From assembly GCA_947649365.1 (NCBI GenBank), contig CANSRH010000008.1, positions 1,795 to 65,794 of the forward strand: a DNA stretch of 64,000 bases. Reading direction: 5' to 3'. Origin of the DNA: an uncultured Mycoplasmatota bacterium (GTDB lineage: Bacteria; Bacillota_I; Bacilli_A; RF39; UBA660). Under the pieces are notes generated by a model. That model was not told the DNA's origin. It saw only the letters and a program-made list of their open reading frames with translations, and made no database searches. The position numbers were made by a program, and so were the translations under genes. Below, piece after piece: positions 55,287 to 64,000 of the stretch; the first letter of the stretch is position 1, and every line of letters begins with the position of its first letter.

Positions 55287-56184
55287 GTTTTTTTATGAAT
55301 TAACTGTCAAACTAAAACAAAAAAATATGAAGGTATGGCCGTGGTTTTATAAAATAAATAAAGTGATTATTAATTTATTTTATCCTTGCTTTCAATTTTT
55401 TAATAAAAAATATGGATTGGATGAAAATAGTAGTGTTATTGTTTCTTTGACATCATTTCCAGAAAGAATAAATATAGTATGGCTCACAATTGCGACCATA
55501 TTGAATCAAAATCTAAAACCAAAGAAAATAATTTTATGGTTAGCTCAGGATCAATTTCCTACACATAAATTACCCTATAGCTTGAAAAGATTGTGTAAAA
55601 GAGGATTGGAAATACAATATTGTGAAGACTTAAAACCTCATAAAAAATATTTTTTTACAATGAAGAATTATAAAGAGTCATTTATAATAACTATTGATGA
55701 TGATATGTTGTATCCGGAAGATTTTATTGAAAACTTGGTAAAGAATGTTAAAAAATATCCAAATACTATAATTTGCAATTGGGCTCATAAAATTACTTTT
55801 GATCAAAAAGGTGATTTTAATCCGTATAAATTATGGGTACATTCTAGTAATGAGGTAGGGAAGCTTATTGTTCCTATTGGATGTTGTGGTATATTGTATC
55901 CTCCTAATTCATTAAATTTAGAAGTTTTTGAAATTGAAAAAATTAAAAAATTAGCCTTTTATTGTGATGATTTATGGTTGAAATGTATGGCGTTAAAAAA
56001 TAATACGTTGGCTGTAAATGTTAATTTGAATGACCTAATATTTTTTAATAATTTAAGAAATCAAAAATCAGGTTTGTGGAAACATAATACTTTAGGAGAA
56101 AATAGAAATGATAAAGTTTGGTCTGATTTGATGGATGCATATAAAGAGTTAGAAGAACTTATGAAAGGAGAAATTAGAAAATAA
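55279..56184 (+). CDS. putative glycosyltransferase (capsular polysaccharide synthesis protein family, DxD)
   Basis: VSLTSFPERI...TIDDDMLY is a GT-A-like DxD arrangement, as seen in Caps_synth-type transferases. Confidence 0.45.
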   Translation: MIKFFYELTVKLKQKNMKVWPWFYKINKVIINLFYPCFQFFNKKYGLDENSSVIVSLTSFPERINIVWLTIATILNQNLKPKKIILWLAQDQFPTHKLPYSLKRLCKRGLEIQYCEDLKPHKKYFFTMKNYKESFIITIDDDMLYPEDFIENLVKNVKKYPNTIICNWAHKITFDQKGDFNPYKLWVHSSNEVGKLIVPIGCCGILYPPNSLNLEVFEIEKIKKLAFYCDDLWLKCMALKNNTLAVNVNLNDLIFFNNLRNQKSGLWKHNTLGENRNDKVWSDLMDAYKELEELMKGEIRK

Positions 56185-57344
56185 TGAAAAAAAAGATGTT
56201 ATTATTTTTTATTATTTTATTTTTGCTAAAGCCTACTGGTTTAGAAGAGCTTTCACCTATTTTAAATTCTTTCATGAATGTTTTTAGATTAATCTCTATG
56301 ATACTAATATTATTATTATATATACTTAATCTAAAGAATAAAAGGGTACGATTAAATAAATACATTATTTTAATCTTTATAATTGAAGTACTTAGTATTA
56401 TTTGTTGTCTTTATAATAAACAATCGTGTTATAATGCTATTGTTTATTGGCAAGGAATTTTATCTTTAATGTTGCTAGCGGAAATTGAATTAAAAAATAT
56501 TTTAGACTTTATAAGAATTTTAATTGCAGTTTTAGGGACATATGTTTTAATCAATTTTCTCTATATATTATTTATCTATGACTATATAAATTATAATACA
56601 ATTTTTATTTTAGGTAAAAAAAATATGATTATATTGTATGTTTTTCCTTTTATTTATTTTTTGCTTCATTTGTATTCTGTTACTAAAAATGGAAAAAAAT
56701 CAATTTTTCTAATATTAATGATATTAATTTCATTGTTTTCTATTTATGTCACTTCTTCTGCAACATCTATATTTGCTTGTGCTATTTTGTTTGTTTATTT
56801 TATTTTTCAGAATAATGCTTTGATAAATAGAGTTTTGACAAAGATAACTGCAAAGAAAATATTGTATATCATTTTTACTTTTTTCTTACTTATAATTGTA
56901 TTTGAAATTCAAAAATATTTTTCTTTTCTTATTAAAATTTTAGGAAAAGATTTAACTTTTACAGGTAGAACTTTTATTTGGAATCGAGTTATACAATTAA
57001 TTCGAGCGAATCCGTTTGGTTATGGTTGGAATTCTTCTGTACCAGATGTAGTATCTTTATTGAATTGGAATGAGACTTTAAGTATCGGTCATGCCCATAA
57101 TTATATTTTAAATTTAGTTTATAAAGCTGGAATTATTACGGCAATTGTTTTTGTAATCTATTTGTTTGGTATTGCGAAAAGAATAGATACGTGTTCTAAT
57201 CGTAAATTGTCATCTTTGATGAAAATCACCTTTTTTATATTTCTGCTGCTTGCGATGTTTGAATCTTACCCGACAAATTGTATTTGTTTATTTTTTATCT
57301 GTTATATATTTATCAATAATAATTATACCTATAAAAAAGATTGA
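56184..57344 (+). CDS. wzy: polysaccharide polymerase (Wzy / O-antigen ligase-like) integral membrane protein
   Basis: At least 10 TM segments. A large extracytoplasmic loop holds the conserved His pair (SIGHAHNYILN). Location inside a GT-rich locus. Confidence 0.6.
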   Translation: MKKKMLLFFIILFLLKPTGLEELSPILNSFMNVFRLISMILILLLYILNLKNKRVRLNKYIILIFIIEVLSIICCLYNKQSCYNAIVYWQGILSLMLLAEIELKNILDFIRILIAVLGTYVLINFLYILFIYDYINYNTIFILGKKNMIILYVFPFIYFLLHLYSVTKNGKKSIFLILMILISLFSIYVTSSATSIFACAILFVYFIFQNNALINRVLTKITAKKILYIIFTFFLLIIVFEIQKYFSFLIKILGKDLTFTGRTFIWNRVIQLIRANPFGYGWNSSVPDVVSLLNWNETLSIGHAHNYILNLVYKAGIITAIVFVIYLFGIAKRIDTCSNRKLSSLMKITFFIFLLLAMFESYPTNCICLFFICYIFINNNYTYKKD

Positions 57345-57411
57345 TTATTTAATAAGTTTTAATGAGGTGTTTTTGAATTAATCCCTAGTTTGATGAAAGG
57401 AGAAAGCTTAT

Positions 57412-58617
57412 ATGAAGAAAGTGTTAATTATCAGTGGAAATCGACAACCTATTCCACCTATACAAGGTGGGGCTGTAGAAAATCTTGCACAAATGTTTAT
57501 TGATAGTAATGAATGTTATAATCTTTTTGAAATAATCGTGATTTCGTGTTTTCCAAAAGCTAAAATTGATGTATCCAATTATAAAAAAGTAAACTATTTT
57601 TTTGCTTCGGAGGAGTTTAAAACAAATAAGAGTTTAATGTATATAAATTTATTTTTAAGTAAAATTTTTCACAAAACTTTTGTATTTTCTTCAAGATATT
57701 CTAAATTTGTAATAGATAAGATAAAAAAAGAAAATATTTCTTTTGATTCAATTATCGTTGAAAATTATATTGAGGCAGTTTTACCTTTAAGAAGTGCTTT
57801 TCCAGATAAAGAAATATTTTTGCATTTGCATAATGATAAACTAAATGAAAGTGTTTTAAATGGTAAACGAATTGTAAAAGCATGTAATAAAATAATTACA
57901 GTTAGTGACTATATAAAAACACGAGTGGATTCAATTAAAAATGCTTCTCAAAAAAGTGTAACTTTAATTAATTCGATAGAAGTGAGTAAATTTGGAACTT
58001 TGGAATCTCGAAAAAAAGGAGAAGCATTACGTGAAAAATATAATATAAGTAATGACGAATTTTTGATTTTATTTACGGGTCGTATAGCAAAAACAAAAGG
58101 TGTTTTGGAATTGATAAAAGCTTTTTCGATGTTAACAAATTTAAAAAGTAAATTGGTAATAATTGGTAATTCATGGTATGGAAAGGGAATGCCAAATGAT
58201 AAATATATGCATGAATTATGTAAAGCTACCAATAAAATAAAAGACAAAATAATTTTTACTGGATACGTTGATTATAATAGAATTCAAGAGTATTATTCAA
58301 TGGCTGATTTAGTTGTTATTCCATCCATTTGGCAGGAACCTTGTTCATTGACTTTATTTGAAACCATGGCTTCAAATGTTCCTTTAATCACAACCAATAC
58401 AGGAGGAACTGTACAAATTGTTAAAGATTATGCTATAGTGTTAGACGTTAATAAGCAATTTATTTCAAATCTTTCAATGGAAATTGAGAAAGCTTATGAA
58501 AATTATAAATCAATGAAAAAACGCGCAGAAGCTGCTTTTAAATATGTCCAAGGTTTTAACCCAGAACATTATTATAAGGAAATGGCTTATATTATTGAAG
58601 GAGAAATGAATAAGTGA
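57412..58617 (+). CDS. glycosyltransferase family 4
   Basis: EPCSLTLFETMASNVPLITT is the E-x7-E motif. Confidence 0.7.
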   Translation: MKKVLIISGNRQPIPPIQGGAVENLAQMFIDSNECYNLFEIIVISCFPKAKIDVSNYKKVNYFFASEEFKTNKSLMYINLFLSKIFHKTFVFSSRYSKFVIDKIKKENISFDSIIVENYIEAVLPLRSAFPDKEIFLHLHNDKLNESVLNGKRIVKACNKIITVSDYIKTRVDSIKNASQKSVTLINSIEVSKFGTLESRKKGEALREKYNISNDEFLILFTGRIAKTKGVLELIKAFSMLTNLKSKLVIIGNSWYGKGMPNDKYMHELCKATNKIKDKIIFTGYVDYNRIQEYYSMADLVVIPSIWQEPCSLTLFETMASNVPLITTNTGGTVQIVKDYAIVLDVNKQFISNLSMEIEKAYENYKSMKKRAEAAFKYVQGFNPEHYYKEMAYIIEGEMNK

Positions 58618-59717
58618 AAAGAGTAGTCCAATTTGGTATGACTCCCAATTATGGTGGAGTAGAAGCATTTATAATGAATCTTTATCGAAATCTTAATCAT
58701 GAAGAAATACAATTTGACTTTTTTGTGAACTCAAATTCTCCTATTTCTTATGAGGATGAAATTAAATCTTTGGGTGGTAGAATAATACATCAACGTTTTG
58801 TCTCTAGGAAAAAAAATCCATTTAAACATTATAAAGAATTATTTCAATATTTTAAAGAAAATCCAGATATAATTGCTGTGCATTTAAATAAAGCAAATAT
58901 TAGGGATATTGATTTATTAATTGTTGCAAAACTTATGAAAATTCCAGTTAGAATTATTCATTCTCATATTGATAATCGTCTTCAAAAGTTACAATTTTTT
59001 GAGAAAATAAATCAAAAATTATTAAAATGTGTAACGACTCATTTGCTTGCTTGTTCATATGAAGCAGGAAACTACATGTTTGGAAAACTAGATTATCAAG
59101 TTATAAAAGATGGTGTAAATATCCAAAAATTTCAGTTTAATAAACTTTATAGAAGTCAAATAAGAAAACAATTGAATATTTTGGATGATGAATTTGTAGT
59201 AGGTAGTATTGGAAGATTTTGTGAACAAAAGAATACTTTATTTTTATTAGATATATTTTTTGAAATTTATAAAGAAGATAAAAATAGCAAATTGCTTTTG
59301 ATTGGTAATGGTCCTTTGAAAACAGAAGTAAATAAAAAAATATATGATTTTAATTTACAAGATAATGTTATTTTAATAGATGAAACAATAGAAGCTAATA
59401 AATACTATTCCGCTATGGATATATTTTTATTTCCTTCCTTGTATGAAGGATTTGGTATGGTTTTATTAGAAGCTCAAATTTCAGGATTAAAATGTATAGC
59501 TTCTAAGGATGTTATTCCTGAATTAGTTGATATTACGAAAGAAATTGAATATGTTTCGTTAACATCAACTGCTAAATGGTGGGCCAATTGTGTTTCTAAA
59601 TACAAAAAAATAAAAAGATATGATAAAGTGAATTTAGTAATAAATGCAGGTTTTGATATAAATGATATTGCTGAACAATTGGAAAAAATATATCGAGAAG
59701 GTGAAATAAATGAATAG
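58614..59717 (+). CDS. glycosyltransferase family 4
   Basis: FPSLYEGFGMVLLEAQISGLKCI is the E-x7-E motif. Confidence 0.7.
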   Translation: MKRVVQFGMTPNYGGVEAFIMNLYRNLNHEEIQFDFFVNSNSPISYEDEIKSLGGRIIHQRFVSRKKNPFKHYKELFQYFKENPDIIAVHLNKANIRDIDLLIVAKLMKIPVRIIHSHIDNRLQKLQFFEKINQKLLKCVTTHLLACSYEAGNYMFGKLDYQVIKDGVNIQKFQFNKLYRSQIRKQLNILDDEFVVGSIGRFCEQKNTLFLLDIFFEIYKEDKNSKLLLIGNGPLKTEVNKKIYDFNLQDNVILIDETIEANKYYSAMDIFLFPSLYEGFGMVLLEAQISGLKCIASKDVIPELVDITKEIEYVSLTSTAKWWANCVSKYKKIKRYDKVNLVINAGFDINDIAEQLEKIYREGEINE

Positions 59718-61218
59718 AAGTAAAAGTGCAATCAGAAATGTATTTTTTTCTATAATTTCGGCATTTGTTTCTTTAATATTAACCTTAATCAATCGTAAAG
59801 TTTTATTGTATTTTTTAGGATCAGAAATGTTAGGATATGAAAGTTTATTTGCAAACATTTTTTCCGTGCTATCATTGACAGAAATGGGTGCAGGGACAGT
59901 TATATCTTATCAGTTATATAAAAGTGTTGCTGAAAAAAATCAAGAGGAAACAAATCATTTAATTTCAATATATAAGTATTTATATAGAATTGTTGGTATT
60001 TTAGTTTTTGTAATAGGCATATTTTTATTCTTTTTCTTGGAATACATTGTAAAAAATCCTACATCCTCTTTTGTTTTTATACAAAAAATATATTTAATTC
60101 AATTATCAGCGACTGTTGTTTCTTATTTTTTAGGCTATAAAAGAATGTTGTTTATTTCAGATCAAAAAGAATTTGTAATTACTAAAATTGACATATTCAT
60201 TAATTTTATTTCGCAAATTTTGAAAATTGCAATCATAGCTTTTTTTCAAAATTATATTCTTTATTTAATAGTTACTGTTGGAAAGGCTATTATTGTAAAT
60301 TTAATAGTAAATTGGAAAGCGAAAAAGTATTATTCCTCATATCAATATATAAAAGTTAAAAGAGAACATTTAAAAGAGCGGAAAATTTTTAAAGACATGT
60401 TCCATTTTTTATCTCAAAAAATATCGGGGACAATTTATTACAATACAGATAATATTTTGATTTCTATGATATTAGGAGTGTCCACAGTGGGGATTTATTC
60501 AAATTATTATATGATAAAAACTCAAGTTTTTCATTTAACTACTAAATTATTTAATCCTATTCAATCCTCTATTGGAAATTTTATTAATGATCCTAATAAG
60601 AAAAATCAAGGTGAGTCTTTATTTAATGCGTTAGAAATTATTAGTTATAGTTTTGCATTGATTTTTGCCTGTTGTTTGTATAATATATTACAGCCTTTTA
60701 TAGAATTATGGTATGGAAAAAACTATTTGCTTTCTCATATGGTTGTTTTATTAATTACAATAAATGCCTATATAGAGACCTTACGAGAAATTCCTTATTA
60801 TTTTAGAAGTGCTTTTGGACAATATGAAATAGATAAAAAATATATGTTTATAGGTGCATTTTTAAATATTGTTTTGTCTATTATTTTAGGAAAAATTTTT
60901 GGTTTAGTTGGAATTTTAGTGGGAACTATAATTGGGATGATTTTTTTATGGCATGGTGTAATCTATTTTATACATAAAATTTATTTAGGAAAGAGTTTAA
61001 TAACTTATTATTTTAAACATTTGAAATATAGTATTTTCTCTTTTTTGGTAATATTTATTTGCAATAAAATTTGTTCATTCATTATAATTTCTGTTTTTGG
61101 TATAATTGTAAGAGTTCTAATATGTGTATCGCTTCCTTTGATTGTTATCATTTTTCTATTTAAAAATACGGAGTCTTTTCAATTTTACAAAAATATATTA
61201 AATAATTATAGAAAATAG
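59710..61218 (+). CDS. wzx: polysaccharide repeat-unit flippase (Wzx, MOP/MATE superfamily)
   Basis: 12-14 TM protein with Wzx-like length, located next to wzy and the GTs. Confidence 0.65.
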   Translation: MNRSKSAIRNVFFSIISAFVSLILTLINRKVLLYFLGSEMLGYESLFANIFSVLSLTEMGAGTVISYQLYKSVAEKNQEETNHLISIYKYLYRIVGILVFVIGIFLFFFLEYIVKNPTSSFVFIQKIYLIQLSATVVSYFLGYKRMLFISDQKEFVITKIDIFINFISQILKIAIIAFFQNYILYLIVTVGKAIIVNLIVNWKAKKYYSSYQYIKVKREHLKERKIFKDMFHFLSQKISGTIYYNTDNILISMILGVSTVGIYSNYYMIKTQVFHLTTKLFNPIQSSIGNFINDPNKKNQGESLFNALEIISYSFALIFACCLYNILQPFIELWYGKNYLLSHMVVLLITINAYIETLREIPYYFRSAFGQYEIDKKYMFIGAFLNIVLSIILGKIFGLVGILVGTIIGMIFLWHGVIYFIHKIYLGKSLITYYFKHLKYSIFSFLVIFICNKICSFIIISVFGIIVRVLICVSLPLIVIIFLFKNTESFQFYKNILNNYRK

Positions 61219-61321
61219 TAAGAAGTAACAATTTGTTTTTTATTCAAATGTAAAGAAAATATACATTTATTATAATATTTTTGAAAGTAAAATAGAAAAT
61301 ATATGTTACAATAATCAGAAG

Positions 61322-62794
61322 TTGAAGGAGTTACTTATGAAAGAAAAAAAAGAAATCATTTTAAAAGTTTTAAATATTTTAACAATAATATTTTTTGGTA
61401 TAAGTTCAGGATTATTTGTTTTTGGGTTAATTAAATTAAATATTATTCCTACAAAATACTTGTTTGTTGGTTTTAGTATTGTACTATTCACTTTTGCAGC
61501 TTTATTTTATTTTATATTTAGTAAAAAGAAGAAAATTAGTAAAGTTGTTGCTCTAATAGTTGCAATATTATTTTCGATTTTATTTATAGCTGGTACAAAC
61601 TATTTAGATAATACTTATCATTTTTTTGAAAATACAACAAAGCAAAACTATGATACTTTAGTTTATTCTATATTAGTTTTAAATGAAAAAAATTATAATG
61701 AAATCAGTGATTTAAATGAAAAAAATATTTTGTATTTAAATGACGATTATAAAGAAGATGTGATAAAAGAATTAGAAAATAAAATTAACTATGAAGAATT
61801 AACTTTTGATACATTTGGCGGAATGGGAGAAGCACTTTTAAATGACGAAGTTGATGCAATTGTTATAGAAGAAAGCTATATGCTTTTAGCAAAAGAAGAA
61901 GTCGAAACATTTGAAGAAAAAACAAAAGTTATTTATACTTTTGAGGTGCAAGTAAAATCACATAAAGAGGATCCAGAAGAAAACGAAAACATTCATATTA
62001 ATAGCATTGATACACCATTTATTTTATATATTAGTGGTATAGATACTTCTGGGAATATAAAAAATTCTAGAAGTAGAAGTGATGTGAATCAATTGGTTGT
62101 AATTAATCCAAAAACAAATCATATTTTGCTTGTAAATACCCCAAGAGATTATTATGTACAACTTGCTGGTACAAGTGGTTTAAAAGATAAGCTTACTCAT
62201 GCTGGTGTGTATGGTATTGATAAAAGTATTAAAACATTAGAAAATTTTTATAATATTGATGTTCGTTATTATGTAAGAGTTAATTTTACAAGTTTAATTA
62301 AAATAGTTGATGTTATTGGTGGTATCGAAGTAGAAAGTGATAAAGAATTTGATTCTAATTATTTAAAAGGTTGGCATGTTTTAAAAGGCTTGAATCATAT
62401 GGATGGAAAAAAAGCACTTGCTTATTCTCGTGAACGTTATGCGTATGTTGATGGTGATCATCATCGTGGAAAAAATCAACAGGCAGTCTTAACGGCAATT
62501 ATTAATAAAGTAACCAATTCTAAAGTATTAATTAGTAAATACAATAGTATTTTAAAAGCTTTGGAGGGAAGTTTCCAAACGGATATGCCTATGGAAGAAA
62601 TGACATCTTTTATTAAATATCAATTGGATAAAATGCCTTCTTGGAAGATTGAGTCGATTGCTGTTACTGGAACGGGAGATATGCAACCAACTTATAGTAT
62701 GGGTTCAAAATTAAAGCTTTATGTTATGAACCCAGATATGGGAAGCGTTGCTAAAGCAAAAGAAAAAATAAATGAGGTTTTCAATGAAGGGTAA
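61322..62794 (+). CDS. LytR-CpsA-Psr (LCP) family phosphotransferase
   Basis: N-terminal TM and accessory domain, then an LCP core (SDVNQLVVINPKTNHILLVNTPRDYYV, HAGVYG, RERYAY..GDHHRGKNQ). Confidence 0.75.
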   Translation: MKELLMKEKKEIILKVLNILTIIFFGISSGLFVFGLIKLNIIPTKYLFVGFSIVLFTFAALFYFIFSKKKKISKVVALIVAILFSILFIAGTNYLDNTYHFFENTTKQNYDTLVYSILVLNEKNYNEISDLNEKNILYLNDDYKEDVIKELENKINYEELTFDTFGGMGEALLNDEVDAIVIEESYMLLAKEEVETFEEKTKVIYTFEVQVKSHKEDPEENENIHINSIDTPFILYISGIDTSGNIKNSRSRSDVNQLVVINPKTNHILLVNTPRDYYVQLAGTSGLKDKLTHAGVYGIDKSIKTLENFYNIDVRYYVRVNFTSLIKIVDVIGGIEVESDKEFDSNYLKGWHVLKGLNHMDGKKALAYSRERYAYVDGDHHRGKNQQAVLTAIINKVTNSKVLISKYNSILKALEGSFQTDMPMEEMTSFIKYQLDKMPSWKIESIAVTGTGDMQPTYSMGSKLKLYVMNPDMGSVAKAKEKINEVFNEG

Positions 62795-63242
62795 GAGAAT
62801 CACTTTCACTTTGTTAGTGATTCTTTGTCTTGGAACTATTTTCGCTTTTTCTCATCAGATTGGAACAACAAGTGAAAGTATCAGTGATGGTTTTACTATT
62901 GGAATAATAAATGTTTATTCTAAAATTACATCCAAAGAGATTAGTGAAAGTAGAAAAGAAGAACTTGTAAAAGATTTACGGAAAGTAGTACGAAAGAGTG
63001 CTCATTTTACCATTTATTTCTTTCTGGGGATTTTTATGTATGCAACTTTATCTAGTTATGGTTGCAATCATTCTGTATTGTTCACTCTTGTCTTTTGCTT
63101 TTTGTATGCGTGTAGTGATGAAGTACACCAATTATTTGTTATTCATCGAACTGGAAGAGTTTTTGATGTATTTATTGATACAATTGGTTCTAGTTTAGGT
63201 GTGAGTTTCTCTTTGCTTTTCAAAAAAATAGTTAGGAAATAA
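62784..63242 (+). CDS. VanZ-like family membrane protein
   Basis: RKSAHFTIYFFLG...SDEVHQLFVIHRTGRVFDVFIDTIGSSLG matches VanZ family motifs. ATG at 62784 after GAGG. Confidence 0.6.
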   Translation: MKGKRITFTLLVILCLGTIFAFSHQIGTTSESISDGFTIGIINVYSKITSKEISESRKEELVKDLRKVVRKSAHFTIYFFLGIFMYATLSSYGCNHSVLFTLVFCFLYACSDEVHQLFVIHRTGRVFDVFIDTIGSSLGVSFSLLFKKIVRK

Positions 63243-63339
63243 AGGAAATCTCTAAGTTCTATTGTATATATATAGTATAAGAGATTTTTTTAATAATTAA
63301 AACGTTTTGTATTATACTTATAGAAAAGAGGAGAAACTT

Positions 63340-63824
63340 ATGGAAGTTGAAAGAGATATTATTAAAAATTCTTTATATGTTGTTTCTTATTTTAATAAAA
63401 ATAAAAGGGATGTAACTAATCTAATGTTGGAAAAATTGCTTTATTTTTGGAGGCAATTTATATGGTTATGACTGATGAAGACTATTTATTTTTGGAAGAC
63501 TTTATCGCTTATGGATTTGGTCCAGTTAACGAAATTGTTTATCAAAAATATAAGTATTTTGGACGAGTTCCCATTCTTATCGACGAAGATATTTCCATTC
63601 CTTCCGTTAACGAAGTTTATATAAAACAATTGTATGATTTATTTAAAGATTATAAAGCTAGTGATTTGGTGAATCTTTCTCATCAAAAAGGTTCTCCATG
63701 GTATCAAATTGACCAAAAATATAATTCTGAAATACCTAATCATGTTATTATTTCTAAACTTGAGACAAAAAATTGGTTTAATTCTATTGTGGAGAAAGAA
63801 AATGAAAACGAATCTAAAAATTAA
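63340..63824 (+). pseudogene. Panacea-domain (DUF4065, SocA-like antitoxin / phage-associated) gene disrupted by -1 frameshift at T5 run (63444-63448)
   Basis: GAGGAG RBS and ATG at 63340 give MEVERDIIKNSLYVVSYFNKNKRDVTNLMLEKLLYFW... and a TGA at 63469. The continuation ...LEAIYMVMTDEDYLFLEDFIAYGFGPVNEIVYQKYKYFG is in the adjacent frame (ORF 63447..63824). One extra T restores LYFLEAIY. Confidence 0.5.
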
Positions 63825-64000
63825 AAACAATCAAGTTTTAGGACAAGATTATCGCAAACGACTACAAAGATTAGAAAATAGAATTAAATATAATCAAAAC
63901 GAAATAAATCGATTAAGTAAAGAATCGACAAAAGATGCAATTAATAAAGTAGATAGGTATTTTAATGATAATTTAAAGGAACTGAATGATTTGATTGAAA
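63802..64000 (+). CDS. hypothetical protein, 5' partial at window end (coiled-coil-like N-terminus)
   Basis: ATG at 63802 after GGAGAAAG. Overlaps the upstream stop. Runs off the window. Confidence 0.35.
   Translation, partial: MKTNLKIKNNQVLGQDYRKRLQRLENRIKYNQNEINRLSKESTKDAINKVDRYFNDNLKELNDLIE

Noticed and set aside
1-64000. Searched for rRNA, tRNA, CRISPR arrays, IS elements or transposase/integrase genes
   Set aside because: None recognised. There are no tRNA-like cloverleaf candidates in intergenic regions, no repeat-spacer arrays, and no DDE or tyrosine recombinase motifs in any ORF. The accessory regions therefore lack an identifiable mobility gene within the window.

Overview
This window reads as low-GC (about 30% GC) Firmicutes chromosome, Bacilli/Erysipelotrichia-like. 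It is mostly conserved core genes on the + strand, with several accessory insertions.

Core genes I can support from the sequence:
- Topoisomerase IV parE and parC, with a two-gene cassette wedged between them.
- A ylbD-ylbE-like pair, endonuclease IV, and three class-B penicillin-binding proteins.
- A fragmented, reordered dcw (division/cell wall) cluster in two blocks. One block is PBP(SpoVD-like)-mraY...ftsW-X-murG-ftsQ. The other is murF-mraZ-rsmH-ftsL-pbp2B.
- queH, rpsB-tsf...frr, a T-box-controlled type-2 ileS, and a phosphohexomutase.

Accessory content:
- Two paralogous Wzz/BY-kinase capsule-regulator modules. One has a PHP phosphatase. They flank an AT-rich islet carrying a divergent Ham1/ITPase-like gene. 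Each flank also carries a repeated TTTACTAC-N3-TTTACTAC motif.
- A complete Wzx/Wzy-type polysaccharide locus at 50.6-63.2 kb, about 35 kb from those regulators.
- A three-gene island between tsf and frr, where pyrH normally sits. Its first gene is switched off by a G10 homopolymer. A 1-nt slip would fuse a strong-RBS start and membrane anchor to the 353-aa body, which is classic phase variation.

Other oddities:
- A MazG-like ORF with an in-frame TGA at the conserved Gly codon.
- A standalone MutS-domain-I-like mini protein.
- Ribosomal protein S2 with a Rho_N-like C-terminal tail.
- A putative amidoligase-like gene inside the dcw cluster.
- An M14 peptidase plus L,D-transpeptidase operon.
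- An 819-aa coiled-coil bitopic protein downstream of pbp2B.
- A Panacea-domain gene frameshifted at a T5 run at the window end.

No CRISPR array, rRNA or tRNA gene was found.
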